DNA of 59,693 nt, filler included, from Dimorphilus gyrociliatus (Eukaryota; Animalia; Annelida), in NCBI GenBank assembly GCA_904063045.1. It is 3 parts of 3 records of this genome, joined end to end, with 100 filler letters (N's around TTAATTAATTAA, not from the genome) between each part and the next. Parts side by side here need not be neighbours in the genome. Positions count along the whole stretch, not along the records: positions 28,062 to 52,751 come from CAJFCJ010000002.1; positions 52,852 to 59,693 come from CAJFCJ010000239.1; 1 more part is not named here. One strand, given 5' to 3'. A program made the position numbers and the translations under genes. Of this stretch, positions 49,209 to 59,693 are shown piece after piece; position 1 is the stretch's first letter, and the number at the start of each line of letters is the position of its first letter. Below the pieces are notes generated by a model. That model searched no databases, was not told where the DNA came from, and worked only from the letters and a program-made list of their open reading frames with translations.

Positions 49209-52200
49209 TTATATATATATATTTATACATATATATATATATATGACATATATATATATATTTATATAATGTTTTTTTGTCTATAAATGCGGGTTCCTGT
49301 TTAGTGTTTTCAGTGTAATTACTTTATTATACAATTAACGAGGCGGATAGAGGCGGATGCGAATCGTCTATTACGCAAACATCGTTTAAAACATTTGCTT
49401 GACGCGTAGAAGCTTTGAAAGTGAATTATAGATGAGGGCATTCTCTTTCTAATGTTTTAGGTCGATTTTTGAAGAGCGCGCCTTCGCATCGATCCAACTT
49501 GTCGCCGGCGTTCGATATCGTTAAAAATCGAAGGCAGTTGAGAGAATATCGACGTAAGACGTAAAAGAAATGTTTGTTTCGTTGAGATCGAATTGTTTGA
49601 AATTGGAATTTTCTACTGCGCTATATACATATCGACTGACGCCGTCGATTGATTTTGTTGCTGGACGCAAGCGTTTCTTATATAGTATATTATAATGTAT
49701 AAGCGTCTTATGATACACAGTTATAAAATATGCAGAGATAGAAGACAAACCAAAAAAAGATTGTCATGACGACTAATTAGAAAACGAAATGAGGTTTCGA
49801 CACAATACTCGTCTAATTATGCACTTTGGACTTGCCCGTCTCTCGACGCGGCCAGTCCGTTAACTAATTACTTATTACTCATTAGCCTACTTTTTCGTCT
49901 CTCTAATTTGAAAAGGAATCGGCGAGGTCGGTTAATTAGACAAACTAGCCTCAATATTCGTATAAGGCCACGCGCAGAAATATATTAATTGATTGATCTT
50001 TTCAGATCAAAAAAGCTTGTAAAGAATTTGCGTGATGCGATGTATCTGATTCGAATATAAGCGCACGCGTAATATTCTTCTTCAGATAAATAAAGGAAAG
50101 AGTTTAAGAAAAAATGAAGAATGCGCGCATAAATACGACATTATCTGCAGCGATCTATCATCGGACTGCGTACGATTTTTGCAGTAGAGGCTTTGGACGT
50201 CTGCAAACACTAGCACGGCTCAAATTGTTCCATATTTATGGAAAGCTGCGCAAATAGAACTAGTTTTCAAATGTCAAAAGTTTGCTGATAAACTCCTCTC
50301 GTATTTTTTCCCAATACGCTGGTGCGCGCTTATGAAATTGCAGTTGTCAACTGGCTATTGCCGTATAAAATATCGATTTGAGCCTGCCAACTGCACTCGC
50401 ATTTCGTAATAAGCTATATCTTAATCGACTAGGAGCGAGACGCGAGCGCCGTATAATTATAATATACAAGACGATATATATTTTTTATTTTCTTTTGAAA
50501 TTCTCTCTTTTTTTTCCAACATTTATATTTACTTCCAACTTTTGTAGCCTTGTGACTGATTGTATTATATTATGTTCATTATGTATTTATGTAGTATAAT
50601 TTATACATGTGTAAATATAAATTAGTATAGTTTTAGTTTGTATATAAATGTATATATATATATATATATAAATTCACGCATATATATATATATATATATA
50701 TATATTCTTTTTTATTTATTTATATATATATATTGAGAAACGACTTGCCGTCGGCCGTCAGTTTTTGCGGGTGAGATTGAGTTTAAAATGAATGTGAAAG
50801 AGTTACCATGGTGATCAATCTATTTTGTAATTTGTTGCCGCCACTGCAACGCCGCTGCATTTTTTTTCCATTTTCCAGTTTTGACCGCCCCATTTTGATA
50901 TATTAACAAAATTAACGTGCTATCTGCCGGTCGTAATTAAGATTTCTAGAGAAGTTCCGTATATCTGTTGCGCTGCCTCGGGCCATAAAAGTTCATTCTC
51001 TCAATTAGCGCGTGGGCCATAATTCATCAAGAAATTTCTTTTTTCTTTTTTTGTTTATTTCACGGACCCATCGAATAAAACGTTATGATGCGCCTATCGA
51101 ATTAATTTGATAAATGTCGAATTTATTCTGCTTTAAGAAGGCAGTAAGTGTGAATGATGGGCGTTCGTTAAAGAGAAATAGAATATAGGAGTTAGAAGAA
51201 AAACGAGATTGGAATGAAAGCGGCGTAATCGCATTGTGTAAATCATTTTAATGCCACATTCGAACGACGCTATATGTACTTTTTCTTGTATAATTTTTTT
51301 TCTTCTTTCTATCCTTCTTTATATAACTTTATATTAGTTTTCCATACTATAGCATAAGTTTATTACGGAACACTTAATAGCCACTGACAAGTCGGGTATT
51401 TGCCTTTAACATATCGGTTCAGGCATAGACTATAGTTAGAAACGAGAGGTGGCGCCAAACAACGATATTCCTATCACGGTTCATAATTAGACAGAACATA
51501 CAATTTGGCATCTTTGTGTTAATGAGGCGAACGTAAAAGAATAGAACGGTTGAAAGGGAGTGCGACCTTGCGGAAAACGTCTCGCACGCAAAAAGAAAAG
51601 AAAACACTTGGACTATCAAGATGCGAAATTAATTTAACGTGTATTCAGAAAAAAAAACAATATATTTACATATATTTGTATTACATCTTTTGTTCTTAAT
51701 AGAAACGGGACGTTTGTATTAAAGATCGGTTAACTCGAACGTACATAATCGAAACACGCACGAATTGAAAAGATAATGAAGGGAAAGCGGTTAGGTGCAT
51801 GTAATGATTTTGGCATTCAACTGCAAGTGATTTACGATCCGCAATAAAAAGCGAAGGCCTATTTAAGAGCAGCAATATCGCCATAGACACCACTCGCCTC
51901 TGCATCCTTCAAAATATGATTGTGCGTTACCATGGTGATCTCATGCAGCGCACCGCTCTGTCCAAAGGTCATACTGCAAAATTTTGTTGCGGCGCCGACG
52001 CTTTTTAACTTCGATTTTTGCGCGCACGACGACGTCGTCGACGACGTCGACGGGCGCGTAAAGATCGATTGAAAAGAATATTTTATATATGTACGCATTT
52101 GTATAAGAAGAGGGAGAAGGAAAATTCGATATAGCCTCTTTTGAGAATCGAGTGGGTTTTGAAAAACGGGCGCCATATCGATTTTTGGCATGTAATGACT

Positions 52201-52751
52201 AGTTTAGAATGCCTAATGACGTCGTTGGAAATGACGCCTTTCAGGCTGTTGCTCGCCACTATATACAATCGTGCATTCAAAATTCATATTAAACGAACAT
52301 CGAACGTCGCCTTTGAAAAACGGTTTTGTTCGCGATTGTTTTGAATGCCTGCATAATTTATGCGTTTTGAAAATGTATCGACGACCCGTTCGTTCTGCTC
52401 GCATAAAAAAGAACAAAGCCCGAAACGTTGCAACGCAATATAAGCGAAAGGATGAAATGAGTTTTGAGATAAACGACCGACATAAAATGGTGATTTGAGT
52501 GTGTCAAAGCTATTTTACTCAAACAATCGCTGCCCATCTTGCGTTTCCCCGGCAACCGATTGCCCCGCTCCTCTCCTCGTGTCATCTTGTCTTTCTCAGA
52601 GCTCATTATTTTTTGTTTTCAAAAATCTATATCTGTATATAATAATATATACCACTTGTACACGCACATAAGCGCACATTTTTTGTTTATTTATTTATTT
52701 ATATATACAGTATATATTCCACTTACACTTACGAGCATATATATATATATA

Positions 52752-52851
52752 NNNNNNNNNNNNNNNNNNNNNNNNNNNNNNNNNNNNNNNNNNNNTTAAT
52801 TAATTAANNNNNNNNNNNNNNNNNNNNNNNNNNNNNNNNNNNNNNNNNNNN
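52752..52851. other. Artificial contig spacer N44-TTAATTAATTAA-N44
   Basis: Identical to the spacer at 27962-28061. Confidence 0.97.
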
Positions 52852-54416
52852 TCTTGTAGGTCTTCATTTTTCAAATTTAAGCTATTGTTGAGCTTTATTA
52901 CTTTTAAAGAATGTAGATTTTTTATACCTTGTATTGATAATAATTTATTTTTTAATGGGGAAATATTCAGTTCAGTAAGATTCTTCAACTGAAATGTATT
53001 TTTTATATCGTTATTGCTTAGTTCACTATTAAAACCTATATCTAAAACTACTAAACTTCTGGGAAGTGTAAACTTTTCTAAACACCCTCTTTTTAAATTG
53101 CAGTCAGCCATTCTTAGTTCTTTTAAATTGATTAAGTCGCTCAGACAACTCAAATCATTCATATTTAAAACTTGATTATTTGATAATGATAGAGATTTAA
53201 GGTTTCTTAAGTTACTAATACCTAAAATTAAACAGTCCTTGTTTTCATTAATATATTGCATTGAAGAGCTTAAATCAAGCTCTGTCAAACTTTGTATAAG
53301 ATATAATTCGCTTAAATTAGTATATGTCAAGTTATAGCATTTATCTAAAATCAGCACTTTTATATTAAATAGTTTTTTCAGGCTGGCAAAGAAAGTCATA
53401 GTGTTTATAAAATCACATTCTGTGAATTTTAGCTGTTCTATTGTTCTTAGTTTTAGAATTGATTCTGTAATTGGTTCAATATTAGAGTCATAAAATTCTA
53501 AACTTTTTAATTTTGTAGATGAAGCAATTTTAAGTAATAAAGAACCATCTAAGCTAACATAACCTGTATCTAATATTTCTAAACTTGATAGACCTATAAT
53601 TTCATTATAAACATCAAAATAGGGACCAAGTCTTAATCTCTGTAGGTTTTTTAGTTTCTTTATTCTCGACACTTTATTTATTACATACAAATCGTATAAA
53701 TCTAGAGTTTCTAAGTTTTCAAGGTCAAAGATGAGATCTATATCAACCAGGAGAGGATTGTTTTTAAATCCTATAGAAAATGATTTTAGTTTAGTTAGCT
53801 TGGATATATCGTACATCAATGCTGGATTAAGATTATCACAGCCCAATAATTTTAAAACTTTAAGAGAGCTTAATCTACTTAAAGAGACGTTTTCTAAATA
53901 CATGTTACTTTCTAAATTTAGAACTTCTATATATGGAAGATTCAATAACAAGTTACCATGTAAATTACATTCTTTGATATTCAGCACTCTTAAGAATTTA
54001 AGTGTGTTTATTATGGCTAAATCTTCTACTACCAAGTTATTGTAACTTAAATCTAAATAAACAAGCTGTTTTAAACTCAATAAAAAAAAAGTTGTATTCT
54101 GTTGTAAATTACACCCAGAAAGAGAAAGTCTTACAAGATTTGATATTTTTGAAATGACTAATAAATCATTTTTAGTTAGTTTTTTGTTATTACTTAAATT
54201 TAAAGACTCGTAATTGACATTACAACTAAATGAAATGTTTTTGATATCACAGTTTGAGATATCTAAAAAGAAGATTTTTGGCAGTTTCAATATTCTCATT
54301 AGATGTGAATTGGTGGTTATAGAAAATTCAATATGTTGTTGTTTATCTGAAATGTAATCTCGTGTTAATCTAATATAGGATGAAATACAGAAATAGATAA
54401 GATATTGTAGTTTCAT
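52852..54416 (-). CDS. LRR protein with signal-peptide-like N-terminus; 3' partial
   Basis: MKLQYLIYFCISS start, many LRR units, CCC upstream, runs into the spacer. Confidence 0.87.
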
Positions 54417-54710
54417 AAGAGGGTTATTTTATGATTAAAAGAAGGTTGTCTTTATTAATAAAAAACAAACGCTAAATATAATTTATAAATAAAAGATCTA
54501 TATAAAAATAATTTAAATACATATTTATAAGAATCCCAAATCTACTACAAGAAATGAATTTAGTTGAGTCAAATTAGTATAAATGAAAATCAACTTAATT
54601 AAAAAGTATAATTTAAACCAAAATCTAAACATATAATATAATCTATAAATGAATAGTTTATACTAATTTAGAAATAAAGGTAAATATAAATGTATATAGC
54701 ACATATATAA

Positions 54711-55078
54711 TTATAAATATTTATTATTTGGTACTTCATCATCAAAAGTAGGTAAAAATATAGATTTCCCACTTTTAATCTCTTCTTCTTTTAATCTATT
54801 GAGTTCATCAAAAGAGATGTTTTTATGAGAAAAAAGACATTTTTTACGAGTACAACTGTTTCTTACATGGTAAGCTTTACAAGGAAACTCTGATAATTTA
54901 TGAGAAAAGAGACAATCTTCTCCTTTGTTACAAGAATTTGCAAGAAAATATCGACAAAATAAAATTTTTTTTTATTATTTTTTGAAGAATTTTTAACTTC
55001 ATTGAAGATAAAATTTTTACGATATTTTTCTAAAAAATCTTTTGAAAATTTAGTAGGAACTTTCATTTTTTCAAACAT
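54711..55078 (-). CDS. Tandem CCCH zinc-finger protein (~122 aa), hidden by a 1-nt homopolymer deletion
   Basis: Adding one base to the T9 run at 54965-54973 gives ...KKILFCRYFLANSCNKGEDCLFSHKLSEFPCKAYHVRNSCTRKKCLFSH...PNNKYL*, i.e. two CCCH fingers. CCCC upstream of the ATG. Confidence 0.8.
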
Positions 55079-55375
55079 AATTTTAAGGGGTTTAAAATTT
55101 TTTTAAATTTAAATTTTTTAATGGTTTAGATAAAACAAAAATAGTTTCAAATTTCTTTTTTATGATTATAAAATTTTATATTAAATTATTAAATAAATAA
55201 ATAATAAATAACTTTTCTTTATATTAAATTATTAAAATAGAGTATTAATAAAAATATGTTGTAGTACTGAAATAGAGTATAAATAAATAAAAAATAACTT
55301 TTCTTTATATTAAATTATTAAAATAGAGTATTAATAAAAATTTTCTTTAAAAATAATTCTAAAAATAAAATTTAA

Positions 55376-56739
55376 CTATAGAAAACGCTGTCTTCTTGAT
55401 CTACCACCACCAGTCGTCCTATAAAAAGTTCTTTGTCCATTCCCTCCTTCTGTAAAGAAAAATTGGTTTCCCCCTCCAAACATACTGAAAATATCTTCGA
55501 AGGTAAAATCATTCTGGAATTTAGAATTGTAACCAAATGGTGATTCTACTTCTGGTTTATCTGTGTCAATACCTTTGTTATACATTTCTCTCTTCTTCTC
55601 ATCAGTTAAAAGACTTTTTGCTAAGTGAAGTTGTGCTAGCTTTTGAGATAATTTTTCTTTTTCTTTGCTATCTTTAGCTGTATTAAACTTTTTATTTACA
55701 TCTCCAAAAACTTCTGCCCATTGCTTTTTTATAGTTTTTGTGTCCTCAGTTCCATCTAATCCTAATAGTTTGTAATATCCTTTTTTGTCAGATACTTTTA
55801 TTATCTTCTTTTCTTTCTTCTTTGGTGGTTCTTTTTTATCTTTATTTTTTAATGAATTTTCTATTTTTTTAAAGCAACTTTATTTTTTATTTTGTTGTTT
55901 TTTAATAAATTTTCTACTTGTTTTAATTTATTTGCTTTAATTAAGTTGTTTATTAGGTTTATTAGATGATTTTCCTCTTTCGTTAAATTAAAAATCTTTC
56001 TAGAAAAATCTATTTTTTCTGTTGTTTTGGCATTTCCTTTATTTATATAAAACGTTAAAAATTGAATTAAAGTTTGTTCTATAATTATTTTTTCTATTTC
56101 TTGTAAGTCTTTGATAGATTCTAATTTATTAATTAACTCGTAATGATTTCTTCCAAAATAACTTTTCTTTGTAATTGATTTTCTTATTTTATCTTCAAAA
56201 TCTTTACATTCTTTATATTTCTTATAAAAGAGAGGTCTGTTGTTTTCTAAAAATTTCATTCCAATTTTTTCTTTTCCTTTAAAAAGATTGATCAAACATA
56301 ATTCATTTCCCCAATATTCCATATTAGGAAAGTTTGTTGTAATTATATTTTTCAAATTGTTCAGTTTTTGATTTTTTTGTTGTTTAAAACAGAATTTAAC
56401 AGATTCTCTAACAATGTCCTCTTTAGCAGGAGAAACAGAGAGTAGCTCTTCCCAATTCTCTCTTAAATTCTCTAATTTCTTATTTAGATCTTCAGCTCTC
56501 TTAACAGATCTTTTAAAATTACTATCATTTTTATAATTTTCTATTATTACAGTATAATTTCCTTTTTTGAACAAAACATCTATATATTTTTCTTTAATTA
56601 ATTTCTCATCTGGATTTTCCTTTAAAGCCGAAACACAAGTTTTCTCTGCTTTATCAAATTTGTTGTCTTTTAAATCTAAATCTATATTTATTAATTGTGT
56701 AGCTAAATCGCTAACTACAAAAGATAAGAAATGAAACAT
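55376..56739 (-). CDS. DNAJC3/Jem1-like TPR plus C-terminal J-like domain protein; 1-nt homopolymer frameshift at 55864-55870
   Basis: Signal-like start and helical repeats. One extra A gives an open frame into GYYKLLGL...AKSLLTDEKKREMYNKG and a G/F-rich tail FEDIFSMFGGG. Confidence 0.8.
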
Positions 56740-56994
56740 TGAGGGGTCTAATAAAAAAAATTTATATCAACGGATGTTTCAGAATTAAGTCAATTAAATT
56801 TATAATAGAAATAAAAAAACTCTATTAAAAAAAACTAAAAAAATTCAAAAATTAAAAAAATGCAAAAATTAAAAAAATCGAAAATATTAAAATATTAAAA
56901 AAATTAAAAAATTAAAAAATTAAAAAATTAAAAAATTAAAAAAATAAAAAAACTAAAAAAATTCAAAAAATTGAAAAAAAACAATTTTTAAAAC

Positions 56995-57183
56995 TTAACT
57001 CATTACTTCTATTTCTACATCATCAGCCATTTCTCTAGCTCTTTTCTTGATATACTTATTTTTTAAAACTTTAATAATTTTCATTATTATATACAGAATA
57101 GAAAGTATAAATAAAGTTAATAGAATTATTTTAACTACATTTTCAAAAGTATTAGATTTGGGTTTACCAGGAAAAAGTGTCAT
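56995..57183 (-). CDS. Small single-pass membrane protein (62 aa)
   Basis: Hydrophobic IILLTLFILSILYIIM followed by a basic then acidic tail. Confidence 0.5.
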   Translation of the reverse strand: MTLFPGKPKSNTFENVVKIILLTLFILSILYIIMKIIKVLKNKYIKKRAREMADDVEIEVMS

Positions 57184-57382
57184 TTATGCATTTTATATTT
57201 TTTTATTTAAATAGTAAAATAAATAAATTAAAATTCTAGAATAAACAAATCCGTTTTTTATCCTCCTTTTAAAATATTTTAATAACAATTCTAAATATAA
57301 CTTCTAATTTCTAATATTATAAAATAATTCTATAATAATATTATAATAACAGTTCTATAACAATATTAACTTTTACCCTAAA

Positions 57383-58093
57383 ATGTGTTTTACAGATTAT
57401 ATTAATTTATATATTTTACAATCTCAATCAGAATTAGATCTTATTTATGACTATAGAATAAAATCTATTCTTAATTCTAGTTTAGAATACGTTGAAGTAC
57501 CAAAAGATTTTTATTGTTATCTCAACTTCTTTGAAGAATATCAAAATTTAATTGAAGATAGAAATTTTTGTACAACAAAAAAGAAAATTTCTAATTATAT
57601 TTTAAAAAAGTATAAAGAAAAGTGTTTTTCTGAGATTGTTAATGAATATAAAAACTTAAATAAGTATTTAAAACAGTTTAATTTATTAAACAAAAGAATT
57701 TTAAATTATAAAAAATCAAGTTTTAATTCTGATAAAGAAAATATTGAAGAATTTAAAAATTATGATAATGTAAATTTAATAGTAAAAAGAACTATAAATG
57801 AATCCGAATCTCTTTATGAACAGATTCCACCTGAGAATATACCTAAAAATTTCATAAGGTTAAGTTTTTTAGTTAAAATATTTAAAAAACCATCAAATTC
57901 TATAGAAAAACAACACTTAAAGTATTTAATTGATTTGATAGACTTTGTAAGTTTAGATTTGTCAAGCCTTAATATCTTATCTTCTTCAATATCAAAAATA
58001 TACAAAAATAATAAAAAAATATATAAAAAGTTAACAGATGAATCAATTTCAGTTGCTTTTAGTTTTAAAAAAGATACAGAAAAGAATGAATGA
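57383..58093 (+). CDS. Hypothetical protein (236 aa)
   Basis: Long ORF with CCC upstream. No confident family. Confidence 0.65.
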   Translation: MCFTDYINLYILQSQSELDLIYDYRIKSILNSSLEYVEVPKDFYCYLNFFEEYQNLIEDRNFCTTKKKISNYILKKYKEKCFSEIVNEYKNLNKYLKQFNLLNKRILNYKKSSFNSDKENIEEFKNYDNVNLIVKRTINESESLYEQIPPENIPKNFIRLSFLVKIFKKPSNSIEKQHLKYLIDLIDFVSLDLSSLNILSSSISKIYKNNKKIYKKLTDESISVAFSFKKDTEKNE

Positions 58094-58249
58094 ATTGATT
58101 TGTAAATAAAATTAGTTAGGTTTTTAATATTTTTAATGTTTTAGAAATTTTATTTCTTATTTATTAATAATTTTTAAAAAACACGTGAAATGTTTTTTTG
58201 TACTAAAAAATTTTGTTGAATAATTTTTTTATTGCTTTTTTAAAAATTA

Positions 58250-59515
58250 TTAGTATTCTGAATATTCAATTCCGTGAACTGGACCAAAATGGCCCAATTC
58301 AGGAATTTCTATATCCAATGGTGGGAATCTTGATGGTATTAAAGACTGATCACCTGGAAATTCAAATCCCATATAGTCTATAATCAAGCAATTTGTGTTT
58401 TTTATTAGTCTAATAGCATCATTTTCTGACAACAATTGATATTTAATATCATAGCTTTTTAAAAAGACTTCTACGTCCTTTCTATCCTCTGAATTAATAA
58501 TATTTTCATTTATAAGCAATTCTGTATTTTTGTGTTTAATAAAAAACTTTAGATAAATACTAAGAGCAGATATGTTAGATCTCAGATATAAAAAATCATA
58601 TCTATTTGTATTAGAATATAAATTATTATTAATATAATGAATATAATTATAATCTGTAACTAAATTTGGTGATGTATGACTAATAATATGTTTGTCTATT
58701 GATAAAATAGAAAGACCAGTCTCTTTTGACTCTAATAAATTGTCAGCTTTAATAAAGTCTATGATATAACGATAAGGGATATAACAGCGTGTAGCTTTAC
58801 ATTCAATGTTCTCAGTAAGAAAGTTATTTGGGTCTTTAAATCCAGAATAATTAAAGCTAGGAATATAACCTAAACAATCTATAGAATAAACAATATCATA
58901 TCTATGACTTGTTTGTGCTGGTAAGTTATAAAATTTTACACAACTAAGATTTACATCTTTATGAAATTCTTCTATTTGTTTTAGGATATAAGAAAATTCA
59001 GAGAAGATAGATTGGGCCATTGGGATAAGCTCTGTTTGAACCACTGTTATATGGATTTTTTTAATACCAGCCTCTATAAGTCTTAAAATTATGAATAAAT
59101 CTTGTAAAAGGCCATCAGAATGTAAACTTAATAATCTTATTGAATCCAAATTTTTCTTAGCAGAATCAATTATTAGTCCTTCTACCTTTTTATTAGTACT
59201 ACAAAATCTAAACCCAAGACCTACATTGTGAAATAAATAAGGATATTTGTATAATTTAGAGCCTTTTAAGTGTAAACTACCTTCTTTTATAAATAAATGT
59301 TTATCTGGATTTTTTATCAAATCCAGTGGCTTAAAATTTTCATTAAAGGTGCCATTGCTAGAATTTGTAGAAATTTCTTCATCCTTTATTTGGGCCGGGG
59401 TAGACTCAGATTCTTTAATGGTAGCATTAATTACTGAAAAATAAATCAAAGAAAAGATAAAATATCTTATAAAAGAGATTTGCTTTTTATTCTTTGAATT
59501 AATAGGAGAATACAT
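58250..59515 (-). CDS. Hypothetical putatively secreted protein (421 aa)
   Basis: Long ORF with hydrophobic YFIFSLIYFSVINA near the N-terminus. Confidence 0.7.
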   Translation of the reverse strand: MYSPINSKNKKQISFIRYFIFSLIYFSVINATIKESESTPAQIKDEEISTNSSNGTFNENFKPLDLIKNPDKHLFIKEGSLHLKGSKLYKYPYLFHNVGLGFRFCSTNKKVEGLIIDSAKKNLDSIRLLSLHSDGLLQDLFIILRLIEAGIKKIHITVVQTELIPMAQSIFSEFSYILKQIEEFHKDVNLSCVKFYNLPAQTSHRYDIVYSIDCLGYIPSFNYSGFKDPNNFLTENIECKATRCYIPYRYIIDFIKADNLLESKETGLSILSIDKHIISHTSPNLVTDYNYIHYINNNLYSNTNRYDFLYLRSNISALSIYLKFFIKHKNTELLINENIINSEDRKDVEVFLKSYDIKYQLLSENDAIRLIKNTNCLIIDYMGFEFPGDQSLIPSRFPPLDIEIPELGHFGPVHGIEYSEY

Positions 59516-59693
59516 ATTTTTTCTCTAGAAATTGCTTTTAAACTAAAAAGATTATTTTGGAAATAAACACGTATCTAACATGTTTATTAGAAAATACTAT
59601 ATCATCAAGTTTAAACATATTAAGTATATAAGAGGTTGAATTTAAGAATAAGCTTTTGTTGTATCCGTGTACAGCTTAAGAAAAGGAGGTAAA

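Larger units (their letters stand above)
2850..57382. promoter_or_regulatory. Dispersed microsporidian-type CCC motif within ~15 nt upstream of start codons (contigs A and C only; not a continuous feature)
   Basis: Seen before the ATGs at 1093, 2850, 9736, 10250, 13314, 14028, 16626, 18676, 19217, 20814, 21923, 23125, 54416, 55078, 56739 and 57383. CCC-like motifs are a known microsporidian promoter signal. Confidence 0.8.

Noticed and set aside
28062-52751. Horizontal transfer of animal genes (zinc finger, CAAP1) into a microsporidian chromosome
   Set aside because: Both junctions are identical artificial spacers, so there is no evidence of physical linkage.
34167-52799. Numerous 60-110-aa ORFs in contig B
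   Set aside because: No recognisable domains, often non-ATG starts, and located in intronic or intergenic DNA. Only the CAAP1-like exons are supported.
57383-58093. RhoGAP-like assignment from HLKYLIDLIDFVS
   Set aside because: The resemblance is limited to one helix and no arginine-finger region is recognisable; left as hypothetical.

Overview
The window is not one chromosome. Two identical 100-bp artificial spacers (N44-TTAATTAATTAA-N44, at 27962-28061 and 52752-52851) join three unrelated contigs. Contigs A (1-27961, internal gap 8060-8499) and C (52852-59693) look microsporidian: very AT-rich, intron-free, compact genes with CCC motifs just upstream of start codons. They carry Skp1, a B-type cyclin, Mpp10, HisRS, Maf1-like, ITFG1/LINKIN, a p47/Shp1-like protein, UAP1, a TPR/J-domain protein, a tandem CCCH protein and three LRR proteins. 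Contig A is also rich in transposons: three copies of one young Merlin (IS1595/IS1016-like) family, three other degenerate Merlin elements, a Tc1 and a Helitron remnant. Contig B (28062-52751) is metazoan DNA with GT-AG introns, a 10-finger C2H2 gene and a CAAP1-like gene. Main finding: the young Merlin has 119-bp TIRs and 8-bp TSDs and sits inside Skp1 (sense) and HisRS (antisense). Its ends carry a splice-donor-like site at base 2 (GTAACA at one end, GCAAGA at the other) and a CTAAG acceptor 12 nt from the far end. Splicing in either orientation would leave exactly 21 stop-free nt and restore the reading frame across the insertion in both genes. This is an untested intron-mimicry hypothesis, and the HisRS copy has further lesions that argue against full rescue. 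A second candidate is a dsRNA-virus capsid-like pseudogene (19217-20381) flanked by CCTAACCTAA-containing arrays. All protein assignments come from motif recognition, not database searches.
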